A stretch of DNA of 64,000 nt. It comes from Planctomycetota bacterium. GTDB taxonomy: Bacteria; Planctomycetota; UBA8108; SXIK01. Shown here piece by piece: positions 27,037-36,998 of this stretch. How positions within the stretch are numbered: the first letter of the stretch is position 1; every line of letters starts with the position of its first letter. The notes beneath the pieces are model-generated. The model ran no database searches and was not told where the DNA came from. It saw only the letters and a list, made by a program, of their open reading frames with translations. The position numbers and the translations under genes are program-made. The stretch covers positions 4,896,001 through 4,960,000 of the forward strand of contig OZ244999.1 of assembly GCA_965223265.1 (NCBI GenBank), in the 5' to 3' direction.

Positions 27037-29493
27037 TCATCGCGCGTCGAGCATGGCACGCGCGCGCTCCAGATTGCTCTTCGCTTCGGCGTCGTCCGGG
27101 TTGATGGCGAGAGCTGCCTCGAAGTGCTCTGCTGCGACGGCGACGTTGCCGCGGCGAGCGAGGAGGACGCCGAGATTGTTGTGTGCCTTGCCGTAATTTG
27201 GATTGCTCTTGAGGGCCTGTTTGTAGTGCTCGATCGCGGCAGTGAAATCACCACCGCGCGCGAGAAGACGCGCGAGATTGTAGTGAGCCACCGCGTGGTC
27301 CGGAGTGCGCTCAAGCGCCAGCTCATACTGCTTCACCGCACGCTCCGCCTCCCCACGCGCGTCATAAAGCTGGCTGAGCTGGATGTGCGCCTCGACGTAA
27401 TCTGGCCGGATCTCGATCGCTTCGCGAAACCTCGCCTCGGCCACTTCGCCCGCCCCCTCGTGGCGTAGAAGCGCGCCAAGGTTGTAATGCGCCTCTGCAA
27501 GGCGCGGCTCGACCGCGAGCGCACGCTCGTAGTAAGTCCTCGCCTCGGTGAGCTGCCCCCTATCGAAGAGAAGATTCCCGAAATTGGTGAGGAGCTTGTA
27601 GTTCCCACGTTCGACGCTCAAACCTCGCTCGTAGGCACTCGCCGCGGCTTCGAAGCGCCGCAGCTTCGCCAGCGCCATCCCCAAGCTGTTGAGCATCTTC
27701 ACGTCCCGAGGCTGGCGTTCGAGCACGAAGTTGAAGTGTTCAATCGCCTCGGAAAACTCACCGACGTGCGCCAAAGCGAGGCCCAGGCTCGCATGGCCGT
27801 CGACAAACTCGGGCTCCAGCTCGATCGCACGACGATGATGCGACGCCGCCTCGACGTACTCGCCGCGCTTGGCGAGAACCACCCCAGCTTGGTGATGCGT
27901 CAACGCGGTCCCGGGGACGAGCGTCACGGCTCGGAGGGCGAGCTTTTCGGCCTCCTCAGTTTTCCCCGCCCAACTGAGCACCTTCGAAAGATTCCTCAGC
28001 GCCATCCCATGCGCCACGTGATCGATCGACGCTTCCACCTCAGCGGTGACGCGCTCGATAGCCGTCTCTCCCCAGGTATCGCCTGGCTGCACCAATCCAC
28101 GCGCCACCATCTCGTCGACGATGGCGAGTGCAAGTCGTCGATGGCCGTCGATGGTGGGGTGCACATGGTCGAGGAAAAATTCGTCGTCCGCGATTCCCTC
28201 TTGCGAAAGCTTCTCCATGAGTGCACCGAAATCGACCAGCGGTGCGTTCTTCTGTGCTGCGACGTCGGCAACAATTGCAGCCATCGACGTCAGCGCTCTC
28301 AGCGGGCAAACGTCTTCGTCTCGAGCACGTCGTAGGGCCTCTTTCGCTTCATCGATTCGGCCAAGGGCTCGAAGCGCACGACCGCGCAGATAGTGCGCGT
28401 GCGCATGGCGATCGTTGATGGCGAGCGCTTTCTCGACAAGTTCGAGCGCGCCGGCGTGATCCCGCGCGCCATGCTTCTTCTCGGCGGCAGCGAACGTCTT
28501 CGCGAAGGTGTCGATCTGCGATGGCATCAGGCCGGAGCGATGCTCACTCTTGAACGGCGCGCAGGCACCGATGTTGCTCGCAGGCTGCACGACAACAACC
28601 TTGGCCCCGCCCGAGCGCGTCAGATCGATCAGGCGCGCGAGATTGAATCGATAGTGCTCGAGGACGTTCGCAGTCAACTCGTCGTCACGTGTGTAGGCCT
28701 CGAGCCCGACGGAATCGTCGAGTAGAGCCTGCACTTCCCCAGGCAGAAGATCACGCGCGCCTTCCGCCGCCGAAGAATCGTCACTCGCGGGTTCGTCCGC
28801 ACGCGCGCCGTCAGTCGCGGGTGAAGGGCGACGAACGAGTCGGCTGAGGGCAGCCCAAGTGCGCGTGCTCGTCAACAAGGCTTTGAAGCTACGAACAGCT
28901 TCAGGCGTCTCCACGAGCGCTGCGTACGTGCGCCGTTCGAGGAACTCATTGTGACCCGAGTAGATCACGACGAGATCTGGATCGTATCGACTCAGCTCCT
29001 CGACGACAAGGGCGACGCGATAGCTCGCGTAGCTGATGCCGCCGGCGTTGATCACCTCCCAGTGTCGCTTGGGATCAGCCACAGGTAGGAACGCCGCGAG
29101 CCAACCTGCGAACGACGTGGAGGCACGATACGGCCGGCCATACGTCGTAGAGCCGCCAACGCAAAAGATGCGAAACGTGTCTGCGCCTTTCGACTTCGCG
29201 AAGCTCTGCTCGTTAAAGAAGCTGAGCTTGTTCTGAGCCGTCATCATATGGACGTTGCCACTGTCGTCGGTGGTATCGACGAAAAGCGGAATTCGTGTGG
29301 AGAATCCAACGAACGGATCTTCCTCGAGCGTCACCGGCCTGACCCCGACGAGCGCCAGAATCCCCTCTAACGCGACGAAGAAAAGGACCAAGACGACGAG
29401 CGAGAACAGTGTCTTCTTCCACCAGGGAAGCCGCGCCGATCCTCTGCCGCGCACGCGATGTGCACGGCTTTCCCTGCGTTCACGGCTTGACAT
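27037..29493 (-). CDS. Membrane-anchored SGNH/GDSL-like hydrolase with TPR repeats
   Basis: N-terminal TM; GGSTTYG, NAGG, GHNE, DHVHP blocks; many AHYNLG/AHNNLG TPRs. Confidence 0.88.
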   Translation of the reverse strand: MSSRERRESRAHRVRGRGSARLPWWKKTLFSLVVLVLFFVALEGILALVGVRPVTLEEDPFVGFSTRIPLFVDTTDDSGNVHMMTAQNKLSFFNEQSFAKSKGADTFRIFCVGGSTTYGRPYRASTSFAGWLAAFLPVADPKRHWEVINAGGISYASYRVALVVEELSRYDPDLVVIYSGHNEFLERRTYAALVETPEAVRSFKALLTSTRTWAALSRLVRRPSPATDGARADEPASDDSSAAEGARDLLPGEVQALLDDSVGLEAYTRDDELTANVLEHYRFNLARLIDLTRSGGAKVVVVQPASNIGACAPFKSEHRSGLMPSQIDTFAKTFAAAEKKHGARDHAGALELVEKALAINDRHAHAHYLRGRALRALGRIDEAKEALRRARDEDVCPLRALTSMAAIVADVAAQKNAPLVDFGALMEKLSQEGIADDEFFLDHVHPTIDGHRRLALAIVDEMVARGLVQPGDTWGETAIERVTAEVEASIDHVAHGMALRNLSKVLSWAGKTEEAEKLALRAVTLVPGTALTHHQAGVVLAKRGEYVEAASHHRRAIELEPEFVDGHASLGLALAHVGEFSEAIEHFNFVLERQPRDVKMLNSLGMALAKLRRFEAAASAYERGLSVERGNYKLLTNFGNLLFDRGQLTEARTYYERALAVEPRLAEAHYNLGALLRHEGAGEVAEARFREAIEIRPDYVEAHIQLSQLYDARGEAERAVKQYELALERTPDHAVAHYNLARLLARGGDFTAAIEHYKQALKSNPNYGKAHNNLGVLLARRGNVAVAAEHFEAALAINPDDAEAKSNLERARAMLDAR

Positions 29494-29781
29494 CGACGGT
29501 CCTCATGCCGTTGGAGCGTCCCGCAGTTCGTGAGCACTTGTCATGCGTCGCTCAGCCGGCTCCACGGTCAACAGCGATCGAAGGAAAGCGAACAGGACAC
29601 TCACGTTTTGATGCCAAGAATTTCGGCGGAAGTGCAAGCTGACACCCAGTTCCAGGCTACACTGTTCCAAAGAGAAGGCAAGAGCCTACGCAGCGTCCTC
29701 GCTGTGGCGGGCGAAACAAGGAAAACAGACGTGAAACTGCTGGCGCAGATCGCTGCCTCATTCAACAAAGCCAATCTCGGA

Positions 29782-32055
29782 ATGACGCGCCTGAACGCAG
29801 TGGCATGCGCAACTCTTCTCTTGGTGCCGTGCGGCGCACAACCGCACGCCGCCGGCGTCAAGCTGGTTCAAGAAGGTCGGGCACGAGCGACGATCTATGC
29901 TGCAGCGGATATTTTCGAGAACCCAGCGCGAGAGCGGCTGCGGGCGTCGGTGCGAGACCTGGCGCACTACCTCAGCAAGATGTCCGGCGCGGACATCCAG
30001 ATTGTCCGCGGTCGCCCGACGCCGGGCGCGCCTCTCCTGCCTATACTCGTCGGCAAACTTGCGGAGGCGACGTTCGAGCAACCGAAAACAACCGCACCTG
30101 CGCGGCAAGGCTTCCGTGTCGTCGTCACGCAGAGCGCGGTCGGACTCCTGGGTCACTCCGACTTGGCGACGAGCTACGCAATCTACGAAGTCCTGGACCA
30201 GCTCGGCTGCCGCTGGTATATGCCAAGTTCGATGGGTGAAGTGATTCCGCGCCGCCGCACGATCACGCTGAAAGAGCAAGATCTCGACGCGGCACCGTAC
30301 ACCTTCACGCGCACGGTCTGGCACGCCGACCGCGACTACCGGCGCCGCAACCGCCTCGGCGGCAGGCAGCTGAACACAGGGCACGCGCTTGAGGGCTACG
30401 TCAGCGCGGATTTACTCGCTCAGCACCCGGAATGGCGCGCTGTCTACTCGGATGGTCAGAGTTACAACCGTCGTCTCAAGTTCAGTCACCCGGGCGTCGC
30501 CGAAGCGATCGCCGATCACATCATCGAGCGACTCGAGAGCAACCCGCAGTACGACACGGTCTCCCTGTCGCCCGACGACGGCCCGGCCAACGGGCTCGGA
30601 TTCGACATGACCGACGATCTCAAACTCGACGCAGGCGATTGGGATCCGACAATCCCGGGCCCGTCGCACACGGACCGACTCGTCTGGTTCTGCAACCGCA
30701 TTGCCGAACGCGTCACGGCGAAGCATCCCCACGTCCTCTTCGGCATGCTCGCCTACCGCAACTACACGCGGCCACCAGTGCGCGAGAAGTTGCACCCCCG
30801 GATCGTGCCGCAGATCGCCGCGCTCTCTTACAGCCGTGCCCACCCCTGGACCGACCCCAGCGAGCCGAACAACGAGGCGATGCGTCACATCGTACGCGGC
30901 TGGGGCGCGGCGGCGCAGGCGGTGTCCTACTACATGTACGGTTACTTCTGGCCCGAGCTGTCGACACCGAATCCGTTCATCACCAAGTGGTCGAAAAACG
31001 TGCCCCTGGCGCTGGGCGAAGGGAAATGCAAGTTTTGGCAACCCGAGACGCTGCCCAACTTCGACACCACCATGCATGCGCTCTACCTCGGCATCCGCCT
31101 GGCGTGGGACCCGCAGCAAAACCCTCGCGACATCATCGACCGGCTGCACCGCGACTTCTACGGCCACGCTGCCGAAGAGATGGCCGCGTACTGGCACTTC
31201 GTCGACTCCTGCTGGGTGAGCACGCCGGAATACTCAGGCGGCGGTTATGGTCACTTGCGTCGCTTCACCCGGGAGAGGATGGCGACCGCACGACGGCTCA
31301 TGGATCGAGCCCTGGCAGCGGTACGATCGCCTCCGGAGAGATTCCGCGTTGTCATGGCTGACGATTCACTCAGACTCTTCGAGCTCTTCATGAAGATGCG
31401 GCGGGATCTCGCGGCTGGGCACTTTTCGGCGCTCGGACGCGACGCACACCGCTGGCGCGCGACCGCGAGCGCGCTTGCAGAGCGCTACCGGGCGCAGTTC
31501 GCGTTTGGTCGCATCCCCTGGGATGGAGGGAACTCCATCTACGGCCGTCTCTTTCGCAAGCTCTACCAAGCAACCTATGAGGATGCAGCGCGCATCGCAG
31601 AGAGGTACGACATCCTGACGAATCCACCACTGCGCTCTTGGCGCTTTCGTGTCGACCCTGCAGACCACGGCATAACGGAGGGCTGGGCGACGCTCGACTT
31701 TGACGACGATGACTGGCGCCTCTCGGACATCTGCCTCGAGACAATGTCGACGCTCGGCCACCATGACTACCGCGGTTCGATGTGGCACCGCACCAAAGTC
31801 ACACTGCCGGCGCTCGCGCCACAGCGGAAGATCTACCTCTGGGTCGGCGGCGCGTTCGACGAAGCGCAGCCCTTCGTCAATGGTCGTGCGTTCGACAAGT
31901 TCCGCAGTCGCGGCGAACCGCTGTCGTTCGACATCACCGATGTTGTCCGCCGCGGCGAGGTGAATCAATTGGCCATTCGCTGTATCCGTGGCAAGGGACG
32001 TTTAGGCCTCGGCGGGCTGGTGGCTCCAGTCGTGATCTACGCGGCCAGGCCATGA
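29782..32055 (+). CDS. DUF4838-type secreted protein with C-terminal sugar-binding-like domain
   Basis: DLAHYLSKMSGA, YAIYEVLDQLGCRWYMP, SLSPDDG, LAYRNYTRPP, LAWDP; WRFRVDP...WHRTKV; start uncertain. Confidence 0.75.
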   Translation: MTRLNAVACATLLLVPCGAQPHAAGVKLVQEGRARATIYAAADIFENPARERLRASVRDLAHYLSKMSGADIQIVRGRPTPGAPLLPILVGKLAEATFEQPKTTAPARQGFRVVVTQSAVGLLGHSDLATSYAIYEVLDQLGCRWYMPSSMGEVIPRRRTITLKEQDLDAAPYTFTRTVWHADRDYRRRNRLGGRQLNTGHALEGYVSADLLAQHPEWRAVYSDGQSYNRRLKFSHPGVAEAIADHIIERLESNPQYDTVSLSPDDGPANGLGFDMTDDLKLDAGDWDPTIPGPSHTDRLVWFCNRIAERVTAKHPHVLFGMLAYRNYTRPPVREKLHPRIVPQIAALSYSRAHPWTDPSEPNNEAMRHIVRGWGAAAQAVSYYMYGYFWPELSTPNPFITKWSKNVPLALGEGKCKFWQPETLPNFDTTMHALYLGIRLAWDPQQNPRDIIDRLHRDFYGHAAEEMAAYWHFVDSCWVSTPEYSGGGYGHLRRFTRERMATARRLMDRALAAVRSPPERFRVVMADDSLRLFELFMKMRRDLAAGHFSALGRDAHRWRATASALAERYRAQFAFGRIPWDGGNSIYGRLFRKLYQATYEDAARIAERYDILTNPPLRSWRFRVDPADHGITEGWATLDFDDDDWRLSDICLETMSTLGHHDYRGSMWHRTKVTLPALAPQRKIYLWVGGAFDEAQPFVNGRAFDKFRSRGEPLSFDITDVVRRGEVNQLAIRCIRGKGRLGLGGLVAPVVIYAARP

Positions 32056-32086
32056 CGCGGTCAAATCGATCGCAAACGATGCGTCT

Positions 32087-32623
32087 ATGAGTACCCAGCG
32101 AGACGGTTCACGCGTTGATCTCGTGGCAGCGAGCGCGGACGACCGGCTAGCGATCGCAGCTCTCTTGAAGTGCCATCTGCGCGAGCTCGCGAGCCTCGCC
32201 AGCAAGCCAGGCGACGTCGACGGCGACGGCGGTGTCGACGCCTACCCGTACTTTCCGCTCTACTGGTCGGACCCGGATCGCTTCCCGTTTGTGTTTCGCG
32301 CCCCGGGCGACGACGGCGCACCGCTTGGGTTCGCCCTCGTTCGCCGCATCGGCAGCGGCGACGATGAGATCATGGAGATTGCCGAGTTTTTCGTCGAACC
32401 GAACCGCCGTCGCCGCGGAATTGGCACCGCCGCGCTCTCGCGCCTCGTCGAGCGATTTCCGGGCAGCTGGAGTCTGACGAGTGGGATCGAGAATCGTGCC
32501 GCAGTCGAATTCTGGCGCAGCGTGCTCCGACGTCTGTGGCGCGAAACGCTGAAGATCGCGGCGTCACCACAAGGCGGGCGCGTGATCTTCAGCTGGCGCG
32601 CTGGCAACGGGCAGAATCCGTGA
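32087..32623 (+). CDS. GNAT family N-acetyltransferase
   Basis: IAEFFVEPNRRRRGIG acetyl-CoA motif; NRAAVEFW. Confidence 0.88.
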   Translation: MSTQRDGSRVDLVAASADDRLAIAALLKCHLRELASLASKPGDVDGDGGVDAYPYFPLYWSDPDRFPFVFRAPGDDGAPLGFALVRRIGSGDDEIMEIAEFFVEPNRRRRGIGTAALSRLVERFPGSWSLTSGIENRAAVEFWRSVLRRLWRETLKIAASPQGGRVIFSWRAGNGQNP

Positions 32624-32753
32624 GTTCTCGGTAGAATACAGTTTCGTCCGGATCCACGGTTCGACGACCGAAGAGAGGGGTACGCGCGGATCCATCCGGC
32701 AGCCGTCCGGTTTCCCCTTCCCGCCCTCAAAAACTGTCTCCCCAAGGTCGCAC

Positions 32754-34646
32754 ATGAAGTTCCAGTCGATAGCGATAGCTCTGGCATGTGCCGCCGCGCT
32801 GGCGTCTCTTGTTGGCTGGGCCCTTCTGCATTCAGACTTCGCCGCTGAGCGAGAGGAGCAAGATGACTCCTCGGCAGGGATGACAAACTCCGCCGACTCC
32901 GGAGTTGGCGACGACCCGGGGGCTCCTCAGGTTGCGTCCGAATCTTCGAGTGCGACAGCCGCAGAGCGCATCACCAACCCAGGGATGCACAGCACTGACA
33001 CCACGCGCTCCGCCGCGGCAATGACCGCGCGAGCGGGCGAACTAGTGCTCGCATTGGAGAACGCGCATCGCGAAGCGGTGGTGGACGCCGCCATCGCGCT
33101 ACGGCGAACCCAACCGACCGCCGACACCGTCGTGATCGAGGTCCGCTCCGATGCAGACGGACGCGCGATCGTGAGCGATCTCGCCACGGGCCAATACAAC
33201 ATCGTGGTCGAGGCCACTGGATTTCCTAGGCTGCGTAGCAAGGCGCCGGTACACATCCGGCACGACACGCCAACCTACGCCCGGTGTGTGATCGCTAGTG
33301 GAGACGCATCGCTCTCTGGACGCGTCCTTGATGCGAAGGGTGCTGCGCTGCCCGGTATGACCGTTCTGTGGCACCCACTCTCGCCAGCGCCGGCCGAGAC
33401 CGTTCACCTCGTCCGGCAAGAAACTCAGGCCATCATCTCAACAGACTCGGAAGGCAGTTTCTCCATCACTGGAGTCACGGCGGGAGAATACTCCGTTGAG
33501 ACAGGAGCGCGAGAAGGGTTCGGAACGACGCGAAAGCACGTCGCGGCTCCGGCCGATGACGTACTCCTCGTCGTTCACGCAGAGTTTGCCACGATGATCA
33601 CCGGGGTGGTGACGGAACGTGATGGGGACGTGGTCCCCGCCGCTACGGTGCGCTCCGCGACCGGGGAGGTGGCCACCACTGACGAAGACGGGCGCTACGA
33701 GCTCGCGGTCAGGATCACCGAGACCCCCGGATCCTCAGTCGTCGTCTCAGCCGCCAAACCCGGTTTCTCAGAGCGTTACAAGACAGTGACGATGCGAGAC
33801 GCACGCGCAACGAACCCTCTCGAGATGTCTTTTCAGCTCAGCCGATTGCGAAACCTTGGCGCTCTCGAAGGGCAGCTCGTCGGCAGCCACGGGAGCGCCG
33901 CAGCAGGCGAGGCTGTCTATCTTCAAAGTGCGTCGGTGCGGCAGCTTCACACCGCGACCGCTGACCGCATCGGTCGCTTTCGTTTCGATGCTGTTCCTGC
34001 CGGCGACGACTATCGCCTCTGGGTCTACCCGATCTCTGGCTATTCGGATGTCACGGTCGAGCCAGTCGAAATCTCGTCAGGGGTCAATGAACTCGAAGTG
34101 ACCCTCGCTCCCCTTCTGACCGGCACGCTCAATGCCACGCTCATGGACGCGGCTGGCGACCCACTGCCGAACTTTACCGTGCGCGTGCGCAGCAAGCAGG
34201 CGCGTGCAGCCGTGGTCAGCGTCACGTCCGACGCCGAAGGGCGCTTCCGCGCTCTGGACGTACCTGTCGGCGACTTGACGGTGGAGACCATGAGCATGCC
34301 GAAAGTGACCGTGAGAGGACTTCGCCTGGAGGTAGGACAGGAGCTGAGCTCTGAGATCCCGATCGGAGTCGGCCCACGGTCGCTCACGGGGCAGGTCGTT
34401 CTCGCCGGCGGCTCTCACATCGCGGGGGCCCGCGTCGTGGTCACGTGGTCGCACCGGACGCAGCACCTTCACAGTAGTCTCTTCCAAGATCTGGTCACGG
34501 ACGCAACCGGACGCTTTCGTGCCTCCGGTTTGGGAGCCGGTCGGTGCGCGGTTAGCGTCAGCGCGGTCGGCGTCCAGTCAGCGCGTCGGACGGTCGAAAT
34601 TGCTCCTGATCATGATCCCGAATCACTACGCATCGAAATGCGCTGA
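32754..34646 (+). CDS. Membrane-anchored protein with carboxypeptidase-regulatory-like (Cna-B/Ig) repeats
   Basis: N-terminal TM; repeated G.V.D..G.P...V and TD..GRF motifs. Confidence 0.8.
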   Translation: MKFQSIAIALACAAALASLVGWALLHSDFAAEREEQDDSSAGMTNSADSGVGDDPGAPQVASESSSATAAERITNPGMHSTDTTRSAAAMTARAGELVLALENAHREAVVDAAIALRRTQPTADTVVIEVRSDADGRAIVSDLATGQYNIVVEATGFPRLRSKAPVHIRHDTPTYARCVIASGDASLSGRVLDAKGAALPGMTVLWHPLSPAPAETVHLVRQETQAIISTDSEGSFSITGVTAGEYSVETGAREGFGTTRKHVAAPADDVLLVVHAEFATMITGVVTERDGDVVPAATVRSATGEVATTDEDGRYELAVRITETPGSSVVVSAAKPGFSERYKTVTMRDARATNPLEMSFQLSRLRNLGALEGQLVGSHGSAAAGEAVYLQSASVRQLHTATADRIGRFRFDAVPAGDDYRLWVYPISGYSDVTVEPVEISSGVNELEVTLAPLLTGTLNATLMDAAGDPLPNFTVRVRSKQARAAVVSVTSDAEGRFRALDVPVGDLTVETMSMPKVTVRGLRLEVGQELSSEIPIGVGPRSLTGQVVLAGGSHIAGARVVVTWSHRTQHLHSSLFQDLVTDATGRFRASGLGAGRCAVSVSAVGVQSARRTVEIAPDHDPESLRIEMR

Positions 34647-34743
34647 AACAGACGGCGGCGCTGACCCGGTTCCAACACCGACCAGGTGACCTCGAGGCGC
34701 GGCCGCTGCAGTAGACGACGACGGCGGGCGAGAGGTATGGGCG

Positions 34744-34866
34744 GCGTTTGCGTGGGCGTTTGCGTGGGCGTGGCGTTTCCTAGAATAGCAGGCGCATGCC
34801 GTGGACGGTCGTGACCGTCGCGGCAGTCCTCACGTTTGGTGAGGTTTGCCGGTGTGCCGTGTGTTC
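34744..34866 (+). repeat. Hexamer tract plus expanded REP-like multibranch element
   Basis: GCGTTT/GCGTGG tract, then ATAGCAGGCGCA...GTGTGCCGT enclosing two hairpins. Confidence 0.75.
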
Positions 34867-35085
34867 GGCCGGTGGCGAGTTGTCGTCGCCGTCGCCGCAC
34901 GAATCTGCGCGAGACGTCCTGCCGAACGCTCACCGTGCAGGTTAGACTTAACCTCGAGTTAACAGTCCGCCTGAAAAAGTGTTCAACAGCGGAATCGGAC
35001 GGCGACCCCGAAACCCCGACGGCTGCGTAGAACGACGGCACGAAAACGCGTCGCTGTAGCAGCTGCGCAACGAGTGAGGAGACCC

Positions 35086-36507
35086 ATGGCTAAGAGGCGG
35101 ACCGCAGCGGTCGAACATGACGTCATCACCCCACCGACGGCGACGGCTCCGGAGACAGAGCCCGACGCGTCGCGTCCGTCCGAGGATCTCAACCCCCTCC
35201 ACATCACCCGCCAGCAGCTCGACCGCGCCATTGCAAATTTTTCCCACTTGCAGTCGGGATTGATCGAATTCTTGAAGTCCCCGGCGCGTACGGTGACCGT
35301 TTGCTTTCCCGTTGAAATGGACGATGGCTCGGTACGCATGTTCACGGGCTATCGCGTCCTCCATAGCCGCATCCGAGGGCCTGGCAAGGGTGGCATCCGC
35401 TACCACCCTGACGTGACGGCTGACGAGGTGCGAGCACTCGCCAGCTGGATGACGTGGAAGTGTGCTCTCATCGACGTGCCGTTCGGCGGTGCCAAAGGCG
35501 GTGTCGTTTGCAACACGAAGGAACTCAGCGCCACCGAATTGCGCAAAGTAACGCGACGTTTCGTGTCGGATCTTGGTGACAACATTGGGCCGCACACGGA
35601 CATCCCGGCGCCGGATCTTTACACCGATGCCCAGACGATGGCGTGGATCTATGACACGTACGAGGGCATGCACCCGGGGCGCAACAACCTCCCGGTCGTG
35701 ACGGGCAAGCCGATCGATCTGGGCGGCTCCCTCGGGCGCGACGAGGCGACCGGCCGCGGCTGTCTCTACGCGACCGAGCGCCTGATCGCGTCGGGGATCG
35801 TGCCAGGGCTGCATCAACTTGAGGGTGCACGGGTCGCTGTGCAAGGATTCGGCAACGCTGGTTCGGTCGCCGCTCGACTCTTCCGTGAACGCGGTGCAGC
35901 CATCATCGCGCTCAGCGATTCGCAAGGTGGTGTGTTTTCGCGAGCAGGACTCGACCTCGACGCGGCGGTGGCGTTCAAACGCGAGCATGGCACAGTCGTT
36001 GGGCTGCCCGAAACCAAGACGATCACCAACGACGACCTTCTGACTCTCGACTGCGACATCCTCATCCCCGCCGCCCTCGAAAACCAAATCCGTCGCGACA
36101 ACGCCGACCGCATCCGTGCGTGCCTGATCTGCGAGGCCGCAAACGGCCCGACGACCCCTGCTGCGGATGACTTGCTCGCCGCGCGCGGCATCTTCGTGCT
36201 GCCTGACATCCTCGCCAACTCGGGCGGCGTGTGCGTCAGCTACTATGAGTGGGTGCAGAACATCGAAAACGAACGCTGGGACCTCGAGGAGGTTCATGCA
36301 AAACTGCTGCGCCAGATGCAGCGAGCCGTGGATGCTGTTGTTGAACGCTGGCGTGCGTTGAATTCGGGTACACAACTCGACACGGTTGAAGATGCCCCTG
36401 AAGAAACGAACCCCGCTTCGTGCGCTGCGGATCTACGCTGCGCTGCGTTGACCGTGGCGATCGAGCGCGTCGCGCGGGTGACGTTAGGGCGGGGGATTTG
36501 GCCGTAG
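35086..36507 (+). CDS. gdhA: Glu/Leu/Phe/Val dehydrogenase (glutamate dehydrogenase)
   Basis: GPGKGGIRY, MTWKCA, GGAKGG, DIPAPD, VQGFGNAG, EAANGP, PDILANSGGV; AGGAG RBS. Confidence 0.93.
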   Translation: MAKRRTAAVEHDVITPPTATAPETEPDASRPSEDLNPLHITRQQLDRAIANFSHLQSGLIEFLKSPARTVTVCFPVEMDDGSVRMFTGYRVLHSRIRGPGKGGIRYHPDVTADEVRALASWMTWKCALIDVPFGGAKGGVVCNTKELSATELRKVTRRFVSDLGDNIGPHTDIPAPDLYTDAQTMAWIYDTYEGMHPGRNNLPVVTGKPIDLGGSLGRDEATGRGCLYATERLIASGIVPGLHQLEGARVAVQGFGNAGSVAARLFRERGAAIIALSDSQGGVFSRAGLDLDAAVAFKREHGTVVGLPETKTITNDDLLTLDCDILIPAALENQIRRDNADRIRACLICEAANGPTTPAADDLLAARGIFVLPDILANSGGVCVSYYEWVQNIENERWDLEEVHAKLLRQMQRAVDAVVERWRALNSGTQLDTVEDAPEETNPASCAADLRCAALTVAIERVARVTLGRGIWP

Positions 36508-36605
36508 CGCTCCGACAGGGAGCAGCGAACGCGCCTCGACCGAGGATAGCGAAAGCTTATCCGTTGTCGCCGGCGCCGCCGTAGGAACCTCGCGTCGCGA
36601 AGCCC

Positions 36606-36926
36606 CTACCCCTTGACTTGCATGCCGCGCGCACGAACAAAGTCCCGTGCACGATCGCGGTGGTCGCCTTGAAGCACGATCTCGTCGCCCTTAACGCCGC
36701 CACCGGTGGCGCAAGCTGTGCGGAGCTCGCGCGCGATCTCCGCCAACTGCGACGAGTCGAGCCCTTCAGACGCCAGCACCGTGGTGGGCTTGCCGCGACG
36801 CTTCTCGAGGCGCAGACGAATCATCGCGCGTCCCGACGAGCGCTGCGACTCCGGCACCGCGCGACCGTCGCCGCTCACCAGCGACCAGCCGTCACCCGAA
36901 CTGACGCGGCGCCGTTTCTTGGCCAT
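36606..36926 (-). CDS. yciH: Translation initiation factor SUI1/eIF1-like protein
   Basis: RLEKRRGKPTT, LRTACATGGGVKGDEIVLQGDHRD. Confidence 0.88.
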   Translation of the reverse strand: MAKKRRRVSSGDGWSLVSGDGRAVPESQRSSGRAMIRLRLEKRRGKPTTVLASEGLDSSQLAEIARELRTACATGGGVKGDEIVLQGDHRDRARDFVRARGMQVKG

Positions 36927-36998
36927 GCTTTCCCCCTTTGATGTGGCGGCACGACACGTCTCGGCCGCGCGCAACGAAAACGCTACGGCGTCGGCAGC

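Noticed and set aside
2001-34866. Apparent ~16-kb spacing of the repeat loci (2, 18, 34.8 kb)
   Set aside because: Three points only and no tract near 51 kb; likely coincidence
34948-36375. 475-aa antisense ORF over gdhA (and similar long shadows at 19180-20328, 47837-49303, 41847-43043)
   Set aside because: Antisense shadows expected from high-GC codon bias; the opposite strand carries the recognisable protein motifs
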